Shown: positions 28,971-36,773 of the stretch, piece after piece | How positions within the stretch are numbered: the stretch's first letter is position 1 | Layout: every line of letters starts with the position of its first letter | NCBI GenBank assembly: GCA_031458695.1 | Contig: JAVKJW010000008.1 | Span: 2,967 to 66,966 of the forward strand | Direction: 5' to 3' | DNA from: Candidatus Thermofontivivens primus | Lineage (GTDB): Bacteria > Sysuimicrobiota > Sysuimicrobiia > Sysuimicrobiales > Thermofontiviventaceae | Length of the DNA: 64,000 bases | The notes under the pieces: generated by a model | Told to the model about the DNA's origin: nothing | Database searches by the model: none | The model's input: only the letters and a program-made list of their open reading frames with translations | Translations under genes and position numbers: made by a program

Positions 28971-30341
28971 TCACCGTTTGAGATTCTCCTCAGGAGGCCG
29001 GAGTTCCCGCCATGGGTTGACCCGCTCGTACGCAGCTGCAGCTCGGAGGAGGGTGACCTCGTCCAGGGGACGGGCGACGAGCTGGATGCCGAGGGGGAGG
29101 CCACTGGGCGAGAGGCCAGCTGGGACCGTCATCGCCGGGAAGCCAAGAAAGGTAAATGGGAGGTTGAAGATCGGATCCCCGGTGGACGCGAGTCCTTCCG
29201 GTGCAGGTCCCGGGGTCGTAGGCGTCACCAAGAGGTCGACCTCCGCGAAGAGCCCCTTCATGGCCTGGATGCATGCAGTGCGAGTCTCACGAGCTCGGAG
29301 ATAGGAGACTGCAGGAATCCGGAGGCCCTCCTCGATCATCGCGCGGATCTTGGGGCCATACTCGTCGGAGCGGTCCCGGAACCACCTCTGGTGGAAGGCT
29401 GCTGCCTCGGCGTACATGATGGTCCGGTGGGCCTCTAGGCAATCGTCAAACTCAGGGGGGAGGTGGATCTCACGCACCTCCATCCCCGCTTCCTCAAGGA
29501 GCGGGAGGGCACGGCGGTAAGCGCTCACCATCTCCGGGGTGGATCGCTCAAGGAAGAACCGGTCTGGAACCCCTACACGCAGACCAGAGGCAGGCCTCTC
29601 GCACGCTGAAACGCATCCTTCCAGCGTCTCCTCAAGGCAGGTCGTATCGTAGCCATCAGGGCCAGCTGTGGCCTCCAGGAGGATTGCGACATCCTGAACG
29701 GTTCTCCCCATGGGGCCTGGGTGGTCAAGAGTCCAGCTCACAGGAACCACTCCGTGCCGGCTGATCCTTCCATACGAGGGTTTGAGACCAACGATGCCGC
29801 AGAAGGCAGCTGGGCGAAGGATCGAGCCTGCCGTCTGGGTTCCAAAAGCACCTGGGCACATGCGCGCGGCCACGGCCGCCGCCGACCCGCTACTCGAACC
29901 CCCAGGAGTATGGCGAAGGTTCCAAGGATTACGGGTCGGGCCAGGGTCAAAGGTGGCGAATTCAGTCGTGACAGTTTTCCCGAGGATAATCGCCCCTTTG
30001 GACTTCAGCCGGGCGACGACGGTAGCATCAAAAGCGGGAAGAAATCCTGCAAGGATGCGAGAGCCAGCGGAAGTTTCCCATCCTGCTGTATAGAAGATGT
30101 CCTTCACGCCGATGGGCACGCCATGCAAAGGGCCCAGGGGCCCCTCGCGGGCAAGACGGCGGTCCAGCTCCTCGGCCTCGACCAAGGCCTCTTCGGGTCG
30201 CAGACGTGCCCATGCCTGGATCTGCGGCTCAAGCCTCTCGATCCTGTCCAGCAACGAGCGGACGAGATCCCGGGAGGAGAGTTGCCGCGAAGCAATGGCC
30301 TTTGCCGCCTCGTGAAGGGACAGGTCCCATGGATCACGCAT
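28971..30341 (-). CDS. amidase (amidase-signature family)
   Basis: GGSSSGSAAAVAA and the GVPIGVKD signature. ATG 30341 (MRDPWDL) is preceded by GGAGAGGAAG. Confidence 0.85.
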   Translation of the reverse strand: MRDPWDLSLHEAAKAIASRQLSSRDLVRSLLDRIERLEPQIQAWARLRPEEALVEAEELDRRLAREGPLGPLHGVPIGVKDIFYTAGWETSAGSRILAGFLPAFDATVVARLKSKGAIILGKTVTTEFATFDPGPTRNPWNLRHTPGGSSSGSAAAVAARMCPGAFGTQTAGSILRPAAFCGIVGLKPSYGRISRHGVVPVSWTLDHPGPMGRTVQDVAILLEATAGPDGYDTTCLEETLEGCVSACERPASGLRVGVPDRFFLERSTPEMVSAYRRALPLLEEAGMEVREIHLPPEFDDCLEAHRTIMYAEAAAFHQRWFRDRSDEYGPKIRAMIEEGLRIPAVSYLRARETRTACIQAMKGLFAEVDLLVTPTTPGPAPEGLASTGDPIFNLPFTFLGFPAMTVPAGLSPSGLPLGIQLVARPLDEVTLLRAAAAYERVNPWRELRPPEENLKR

Positions 30342-30562
30342 CGGCTTCCTCTCCGATCGTTTGATGGATCTATTCATTCCCCATCGAGATCCCTGTTTCC
30401 TCTTCACCCCTCCCACAAGATCGTCTCCTTCGAACTTCCTAGGTCTCTCAAGTTGAAGCCCGATGTTTACTCCCGTACACACCTGAGGTACGAATCGATT
30501 CTCTGCTCGATTCCATTGTGTGTGTTGGGATCCTACCATAAGGAGGGTGGAGGTGGAGAGAG

Positions 30563-30793
30563 ATGCAATGGGTGCGCAGGATCGCTCAGGAGCTAGGAGC
30601 AATGGGTGGCGCGTTCGCACGGATCCCGGAGTACACAGAGACGGCGGAGCGTCTGTACCTCCTGCTCCGCAACCGCACCGCGATCTCTCGGGACGGTTCG
30701 ATCGTCTCTCCCCTTCTGGGAGCACATAGGCAAACGCCAGACGAGACTGGCTTCGAGGTGTTCCCCATCCCCTCCCTTTCCCGATCGCGCTGA
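30563..30793 (+). CDS. hypothetical 76-aa protein (may instead be leader RNA of thiW)
   Basis: ATG preceded by AGGAGGGTGGAGGTGGAG. No homology recognised. Confidence 0.25.
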   Translation: MQWVRRIAQELGAMGGAFARIPEYTETAERLYLLLRNRTAISRDGSIVSPLLGAHRQTPDETGFEVFPIPSLSRSR

Positions 30794-30929
30794 TTCTTCA
30801 CCAACGCCTCAGGGAAACCTGGGAAGCACCCTGCGTGCAGGAAGTCTTCCCTGCCACACAGAAGAACACGAGGGAACCTTGTTCCCTCAAGAACGGGAGC
30901 GTACACAGCACTCGCGCCATGAGGTGACC

Positions 30930-31436
30930 ATGACACCGGTTCGAAGACTCGTTCTGTCAGCGTTGTTTGCAGCAGTGCCGGTGATCCTTTCGTTCGTGCC
31001 TGGTTCGATCCCGGTAGCCGGGGCGAAGTTGCTGCCCTGGCAGCACATGACGAATGTCATCGCAGGGGTTGTAGTAGGTCCGTGGTATGCGGCGCTGGCG
31101 GCGACGGCCGCGGCAATTCTCCGGAATGTGTTGGGGGTAGGGACGCTGCTCGCCTTTCCTGGAGGGATCCCCGGGGCAATTGTCGTTGGGCTGGCCTACC
31201 GGATCTGGCGGAGTGAATGGGTCGGACTCCTGGAGCCCGTTGGGACCGGCCCCATTGGGGCAACGGTTGGATCGCTCTTGGTCGCCCCGGCGCTCATGGG
31301 TACGGCGATCCCGCTGGGGACCCTCCTTCCTCTCTTCCTGGCCAGCAGCGTCCCCGGCTCGCTCTTCGGCGTGGTGGTCCTGAAGGCATTGGCCCGCCTT
31401 GGTTTCAGTCCTGCTCGCCTCCCTGGAGGGTCCTGA
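30930..31436 (+). CDS. thiW: ThiW-type membrane protein (ECF S-component-like thiazole transporter)
   Basis: ~168-aa multi-TM protein directly upstream of thiM, as is typical of thiW. ATG 30930 follows GAGGTGA. Confidence 0.65.
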   Translation: MTPVRRLVLSALFAAVPVILSFVPGSIPVAGAKLLPWQHMTNVIAGVVVGPWYAALAATAAAILRNVLGVGTLLAFPGGIPGAIVVGLAYRIWRSEWVGLLEPVGTGPIGATVGSLLVAPALMGTAIPLGTLLPLFLASSVPGSLFGVVVLKALARLGFSPARLPGGS

Positions 31437-31441
31437 AGGAC

Positions 31442-32278
31442 ATGCTCTTGGCAGCCCAGGCTGGTAGCCTCCTTACGCGTATCCGCGAAACTCGCCCTTT
31501 GGTCCACCACCTTACGAACTTCGTCGCGATGAATGACGTAGCGAACGTCACCCTTGCCACTGGTGCGCTCCCGATCATGGCCCATGCTCCCGAGGAGATG
31601 GAAGAGGTCGTTTCTGCTGCCTCCGTCCTTGTACTCAACCTAGGCACATGGACGCAGGAGAGATGGGACGTGATGCTTCTTGCGGCACGCATCGCCAACA
31701 GGCGTGGGATCCCGGTTGTCCTGGATCCCGTGGGCGCGGGGGCCTCTCGAGTTCGTACGGAGAGTGCACTCAAGCTCCTCCGCGAGAAGCGTGTCACCGT
31801 GGTAAGAGGCAATCGGGGAGAGATCGCCTACCTCACGGGGGCGCTCGCGAGCGTCAGGGGGGTGGAGTCCCTGGGGTCGGACGTCCCTCCCCAGGATTTG
31901 GCCCAAACCCTGGCCCGGGAACATGGGTGCATTGTTGCGGTTACGGGCCCGCGCGACTGGATCAGCGATGGGAAACGCCTCCTCGCCGTGGACAACGGGC
32001 ACCCCCTCCTCCAGAGAATCACCGGTTCCGGGTGTATGGCCACGGCGGCCATCGGCTGTTTTCTCGCTGTCCCCGGAGATCCTCTCATCGGCACCGCCGC
32101 AGCCCTGGCCTATTTCGGGTACGCTGCCGAGCTGGCAGCGAGGGATTCCAAAGGGCCAGGGAGTTTCCGGGTATCTCTGCTTGACCACCTTGCCTTGCTC
32201 GATGCAGCTTCTCTGGAGGCAGGGGCGCGGATCCTGGAGGATTTCGATCCTGGTGGAGGGCCTCAGGGATCCGGGTGA
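31442..32278 (+). CDS. thiM: hydroxyethylthiazole kinase
   Basis: HHLTNFVAMNDVANVTLATGALPIMAHAPEE...VDPVGAGAS...ITGSGCMATAAIGCF is a ThiM-like sequence. Confidence 0.85.
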   Translation: MLLAAQAGSLLTRIRETRPLVHHLTNFVAMNDVANVTLATGALPIMAHAPEEMEEVVSAASVLVLNLGTWTQERWDVMLLAARIANRRGIPVVLDPVGAGASRVRTESALKLLREKRVTVVRGNRGEIAYLTGALASVRGVESLGSDVPPQDLAQTLAREHGCIVAVTGPRDWISDGKRLLAVDNGHPLLQRITGSGCMATAAIGCFLAVPGDPLIGTAAALAYFGYAAELAARDSKGPGSFRVSLLDHLALLDAASLEAGARILEDFDPGGGPQGSG

Positions 32279-34458
32279 GGAAAGCCCGCGAGGACGCCGA
32301 AGGGGGAGAGCAGCGTCTTCGCTGCTTCCAGGACGAGCTCGCTGTATTTCTGCACATCGTAGCTCCAGCCGTCCTGCAGGAGAGCCCACGGCTTGGCCCG
32401 CTCCTCGGGAATCCTGCTGCGGAAGTCGGTGATGACGTACTGTACGGCCTCTCCAGGGTGAAGCCGGACCCCGCGGCGGGCGAGCTGGCGGGCAGCGATG
32501 GCGAGGAGGGTTTCGTGGGTGTAGGACTCCGGGGGTTTGGAGAGCACCTGTTGGATGACGAGGTCCCTCAGCGTGACGTCGCCGTCTCGCAGCCGTGCCA
32601 AGAAGGTTTCCACCACAGCGACCACTTCAGGGAGCCGCTCTTGGAGTTCGTGAAGGGTGCTGGCGGAGGCCAGGACCTCCACCATGCGCTGTTGCGCCTC
32701 CCGCACAATGGGGGGGAGGTCCGAACGCCGGAGCTCAATCCCCCGCACTTTTACAGTCCCGTCCTCGAAGACGCCCACGAAGCGGTTAGGGACCCCCAGG
32801 CGACGACGGATCCTGGACGGGATGAAAGCGATCCAGCGATAACGACCCTCTAGGAGGATGGGAATCCCTGTGGCCTCTGTGATCTCCTGAACCAACGCCT
32901 CCACCTCCTCTGGGCAGCTGCCAGCCTTATGGATCCAGAGGGAATCCACGATGGCATGGAGGAGGCGGAATCCCCGTGACTCGGCGAGTTCTTTCGCCCG
33001 CAGCAACAGCTCCCGGCTGTAGGCAGTAACGGCTTCGTGCGCCTCGATCCTTCCGAACCGGGCGTTCCGGTATCCGAGGTAACCGAAGCACGTCACAAGA
33101 CACCACTTCAGGGCGTTCTGGCGGTGCTCGTAGACTATCCGCTCCTCCCCTGGGGTCTGCCGCATGAGGTGCTTGTAGGCAAGACGTTTCTCAATCAGCG
33201 GCGCGAGCACCTGGGGGATCAATCCCTTCCTCCTCCGGCACACAGAGTACCCAATCTCCGGAACGCGGTGGTCTGGGCAACACGCGCATCCCAGCGTCTC
33301 GGGGGAGATGTTGAACCGCGCCATGATCATGGGGTACATCGAGGCAAAATCCAGCTCAAACACGTCCTCGTAGACGCCGATCGGAGGAAGGTAAACGAGC
33401 CCCCCTTTGTCCGTACGGAGGAGTTCGAGGGCCGACTTGAACTCCTCGGCCTGGCGTTTCCGCCAGGGGATGAGGATCCCCTGGCGGACCGCCGTGTCCA
33501 GCTGCATGGAGGTGATTGCCGTCCCTGTGGTGGTCCGCGCGAGGCGTTGTACTGGGATCTTTGCTAGGCGAGCGACCTCCACCAACCCTTCGAGGCCGCT
33601 CTCCCCCATCAGGAAAGAGTTCACAGTATCGACGTGCAACCGCCCTCTGAAGAGTTGGGCTCCTGCACGATAGACCCACCGGCCGTACGTGTAAAAAGAG
33701 TACCCTCGCCGAGCTAAGGTCGTCCGCTCGCGGTTGAATGGAAGGGGAATCCCAGTCATCCGGCTGAGGCGCTCCAGCCGGGGGATGAGGAAGGAATCCC
33801 CCCACTCCGTCAGGATGATGTCGGGGTCGTACCGGGTGAACAGCGAGCGCAGGCTCTCCAGGAGATCTACGGGCCCGTCCCCATCGAGAACGATGGTCTG
33901 CCCCTCTATCGTTGCCTCCAGGAAACTCCTCCGGCCGTGGGGGGCGATGATCGGGTCTCCCTCCAGCCGGAGGTGAATCATGGTGAGGGGCGGAAGGTGG
34001 TAGGAGAGATCCCAGGGGGAGTCCTCCAGTGCAATGGCTTGGACGGTTCCCTGTTCGTGCTCGATGGCGCAGCGGGCCAAGGGGAAGAGGCCGGACTCGT
34101 AAAAGTAGAGCTGCTCCAGAGGGATGTCCACGTTGAATAGCTCTATCCCTGGGATGTTTGCAACCAAGCGCACCATGGAAGGGAAGTGCGCAGGCGAAGT
34201 TGTCAGCTCGATCACAGGCCGCTCCCTTCCACTGAAGAAGTCGACCCTGCTGGTCGTGCGCAAAGTCACGGGGGCGCGGCATCGCTGGAGAACGGCCTCC
34301 ACCTGGCGGCGTACCCTTGGAGGACCATCGGCATAGCAACGGAGGGAGACAGGGTGGGTGAGGCGGAGGCGGCGGCCTTGCCCGTCTATGAGCCAGAGGA
34401 CCATCCCTCTCTCCCCAGGGTAGGCGTCAAGGATCCACGCGGTGATCTGCTCGCCCAC
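32263..34458 (-). CDS. family-B DNA polymerase (Pol II-like) with degenerate exonuclease motifs
   Basis: Motif A LDFASMYPMIM and motif B KWCLVTCFGYLG are present, and motif C is reduced to AIVDS. Exo I reads HLRLEG (vs SIDIET) and exo II reads WGDSFLIPRL (vs QFDLRML). Start is uncertain: GTG 34458 just before the conserved ITAWILDAY, or ATG 34566/34611. Confidence 0.8.
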   Translation of the reverse strand: MGEQITAWILDAYPGERGMVLWLIDGQGRRLRLTHPVSLRCYADGPPRVRRQVEAVLQRCRAPVTLRTTSRVDFFSGRERPVIELTTSPAHFPSMVRLVANIPGIELFNVDIPLEQLYFYESGLFPLARCAIEHEQGTVQAIALEDSPWDLSYHLPPLTMIHLRLEGDPIIAPHGRRSFLEATIEGQTIVLDGDGPVDLLESLRSLFTRYDPDIILTEWGDSFLIPRLERLSRMTGIPLPFNRERTTLARRGYSFYTYGRWVYRAGAQLFRGRLHVDTVNSFLMGESGLEGLVEVARLAKIPVQRLARTTTGTAITSMQLDTAVRQGILIPWRKRQAEEFKSALELLRTDKGGLVYLPPIGVYEDVFELDFASMYPMIMARFNISPETLGCACCPDHRVPEIGYSVCRRRKGLIPQVLAPLIEKRLAYKHLMRQTPGEERIVYEHRQNALKWCLVTCFGYLGYRNARFGRIEAHEAVTAYSRELLLRAKELAESRGFRLLHAIVDSLWIHKAGSCPEEVEALVQEITEATGIPILLEGRYRWIAFIPSRIRRRLGVPNRFVGVFEDGTVKVRGIELRRSDLPPIVREAQQRMVEVLASASTLHELQERLPEVVAVVETFLARLRDGDVTLRDLVIQQVLSKPPESYTHETLLAIAARQLARRGVRLHPGEAVQYVITDFRSRIPEERAKPWALLQDGWSYDVQKYSELVLEAAKTLLSPFGVLAGFPHPDP

Positions 34459-34714
34459 GATTCCTCTCCAGGGAATCCAGCCTGCGTTCAAGAGATCGCA
34501 CCCGCTTGAGTGTCTCGAGGAGCATGCAAACCAGCATCGTTTCGAAGGGAACTGGGTGGCTGGCATAGGCGGCTTCGGCAGAATGGTGCCGTGCTGCTTC
34601 AAACAGCTCATCCAGGACCTCCTGGTCCTCTCGCCGCAACGCCCTCCGGAACGGCATCCAGCGCTCGATCTCTTCCAGAACGAGGTTGGTCATGGTACGC
34701 AGCGTCCGTCCCAT
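34427..34714 (-). CDS. hypothetical 95-aa protein, middle gene of the SOS operon
   Basis: Sits between the ImuA-like gene (6-nt gap) and polB (overlap). Predicted helical, no family recognised. Confidence 0.55.
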   Translation of the reverse strand: MGRTLRTMTNLVLEEIERWMPFRRALRREDQEVLDELFEAARHHSAEAAYASHPVPFETMLVCMLLETLKRVRSLERRLDSLERNRGRADHRVDP

Positions 34715-34720
34715 CGCACC

Positions 34721-35368
34721 TCACTCCTTTCCTCTTTGGGAGTACCCCCAGACGAATCTCTTCGAGATCCTGCTGGCGTGGTTAGGATGTTCCTGGAGCA
34801 CGAGGTAAGAACCATCGCCTGTTGCCTGAATACGCAAAATCCAAGAGGCCAGGCGGCGCAGCAATGGGAACAAGTGGGCCTCCCGGGATCGTTCCACGGG
34901 GCTCGGGCAGGCGACGAGAAGATGGCATCGGCGTTTGACCAGGCGCTGGAAAGTCCAGAGAATCCCTCTGAAGATACGATGTGCCTCCGGGTTGGGCACA
35001 GCTTCGTCCCCGAACAGGTCCAGGAGGCCGAGGAGGAGGACTGGGCTGGCCTCCCCACAGAGGGCAGGGAGGCGTTTGGTGATTAGGACCTCAAGCTGGT
35101 GTACGGTGAAAGCCCTGGCGATGCTGACGCGAGCCAACCATCGTTCAGGGATCTCCCCCGCTGCCCTCGCCGCGTCGGAGATGATGTAGGGATCAAAGGC
35201 GTTCCCAGCGTCCACGACGATCAGGTGAGAAGCTCGTCCTTGTCCTGGTTGCCTTCTCTCGAGGAATGTGCGGGCGGTAGTCCACATGGCAACGGTCATG
35301 CATGTGTGGTCCCCGCAAAAGAGGACCAGTTCACCATAGCTGAGAGGAAAAAGGTCTAGAAAGTTCAT
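34721..35368 (-). CDS. RecA-fold protein with degenerate P-loop, ImuA/SulA-like (SOS cell-division/mutagenesis protein family)
   Basis: LSYGELVLFCGDHTCMTVAMW...LIVVDAGNAFDP has RecA/ImuA-like topology, but Walker A lacks Lys. First gene downstream of the LexA-box promoter. Confidence 0.55.
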   Translation of the reverse strand: MNFLDLFPLSYGELVLFCGDHTCMTVAMWTTARTFLERRQPGQGRASHLIVVDAGNAFDPYIISDAARAAGEIPERWLARVSIARAFTVHQLEVLITKRLPALCGEASPVLLLGLLDLFGDEAVPNPEAHRIFRGILWTFQRLVKRRCHLLVACPSPVERSREAHLFPLLRRLASWILRIQATGDGSYLVLQEHPNHASRISKRFVWGYSQRGKE

Positions 35369-35389
35369 AGGCGCACCCGGTCTGAGGTT

Positions 35390-35418
35390 ATTATATCGAA
35401 CTTATGTTCGCATGTCAA
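35390..35418 (-). promoter_or_regulatory. sigma-A promoter TTGACA-N17-TATAAT (minus strand) with embedded LexA box
   Basis: On the minus strand, TTGACA is at 35418-35413 and TATAAT at 35395-35390, with exactly 17 nt between. The -10 ends ~21 nt upstream of the ATG at 35368. Confidence 0.75.
35397..35410. promoter_or_regulatory. LexA operator (Cheo box) CGAACTTATGTTCG
   Basis: Perfect match to the Gram-positive SOS box consensus CGAAC-N4-GTTCG. It lies inside the spacer of the promoter of the minus-strand operon. Confidence 0.8.
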
Positions 35419-35505
35419 CTTCCCTCATGGAGTGAGGAAGAACCTGGCGTATTGACGTCCTCTGGTGCGCGGTGCTACCAATAAACACGGGTGCGATAGG
35501 GGGAA

Positions 35506-36705
35506 ATGGCGCTTCCACGCCTCCGGCGTTTTGACGCATATCCTGTTCGCCTTAACGGCCGGGACTTCATCTGCCTGCGCGACCTGGAAGGTGTGCTCGA
35601 TGAGCCAGTCCTCCTCTCGCCGCAGGCGTTTCTGGTTGCTACCCTCCTGGACGGGCAACGAGACGTGCTCGATATCCAGGCGGAGTATGCCCGGCGGTCG
35701 GGCGGAGATCTCCTCCTTTCCTGGGATCTCCAGAGGATCGTGGAAGAGCTGGACCGATACGGCCTTCTAGAAACTCAGACGTTCACAGAGCGCCGCAAGC
35801 AGTTGGAGGAGTCCTTCCGGAACGCACCGATCCGGTCTCCCTATCACGCTGGCAAGGCCTACCCATCGGATCCCGACGTCCTGCGCACACAGCTCTCAGG
35901 GTATTTCGCAACGGTAGATCCCCGGGAGCTCAACGGTCTCAAGCCGCGCGGAATTATCGTGCCGCACATCGACTTCGCCCGCGGCGGTTGGTGCTATGCT
36001 TGGGGATACGCTACCCTTCATCCGTATCAGCGGAGGACATACATTGTGCTTGGGGTTGCCCATTCCGGGCCACCCGTGCCGTTCGTGCTCACGAGGAAAC
36101 CTTTCCAGACGCCCCTCGGCGTGATGGAGGTGGATCAGAACCTCGCGGATGCACTCCAGAGGGAAGCGGGCGACCTTACAGAGTACGAGGCGATCCACCG
36201 CACCGAACACTCGGTGGAGTTCCAAGTTCTCTTCCTTCAGCACATGGCGGGAAGCCGTCCCATACGTATCCTTCCGCTCCTGTGTGCAAACCTAGAAGAA
36301 TGGGCAAAGGAAGGTTCCCCACGCGACGTGGAGGCGATCGAGCGGGTGATCCAGGTGCTCCGTGACCTAGTGCTGCAGGCAAGGGGAGAAATTGGGGTGA
36401 TCGCGAGCGTGGACTTCAGCCATGTCGGCCCGCGCTTTGGAGACGTCGAACCTGTCGGGCCCGCTCTTGCTTCGCGGACCTCGCTGGATGATCGGGCGGC
36501 GCTAGAGGCCATTGTCCGCGGCGATGCTGAGGAGTTCTGGAGGACGATCACTAGGAGAGGGAACCCAAACCGCATCGACGCCCTCTCTGCTGTGTACGTG
36601 GCGTTGCGACTTCTCGAACCTGTGCAAGGGAAGCTCCTCCGCTATGGCCAGGCTCAGGATCCCGCGGGCGGCCTTGTCTCCTTCGCGAGCCTCGCCCTCC
36701 TGTAG
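35506..36705 (+). CDS. MEMO1-family (AmmeMemoRadiSam system protein B-like) enzyme with N-terminal PqqD-like RRE domain
   Basis: C-terminal 290 aa carry GIIVPHIDFARGGWCYAWGY...SVDFSHVGPRFGD. The N-terminal ~105 aa (LSPQAFLVATLLDGQRDVLDIQAEYARRSG..LSWDLQRIVEELDRYGLLE) follow the PqqD/RRE pattern. ATG follows GATAGGGGGAA. Confidence 0.75.
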   Translation: MALPRLRRFDAYPVRLNGRDFICLRDLEGVLDEPVLLSPQAFLVATLLDGQRDVLDIQAEYARRSGGDLLLSWDLQRIVEELDRYGLLETQTFTERRKQLEESFRNAPIRSPYHAGKAYPSDPDVLRTQLSGYFATVDPRELNGLKPRGIIVPHIDFARGGWCYAWGYATLHPYQRRTYIVLGVAHSGPPVPFVLTRKPFQTPLGVMEVDQNLADALQREAGDLTEYEAIHRTEHSVEFQVLFLQHMAGSRPIRILPLLCANLEEWAKEGSPRDVEAIERVIQVLRDLVLQARGEIGVIASVDFSHVGPRFGDVEPVGPALASRTSLDDRAALEAIVRGDAEEFWRTITRRGNPNRIDALSAVYVALRLLEPVQGKLLRYGQAQDPAGGLVSFASLALL

Positions 36706-36773
36706 AGAGGCGGGCGCTTCCTTTGACGACCTTTCCTAAAGGACCTCCACACCAAAGAGCATGGTGGTGAGGG

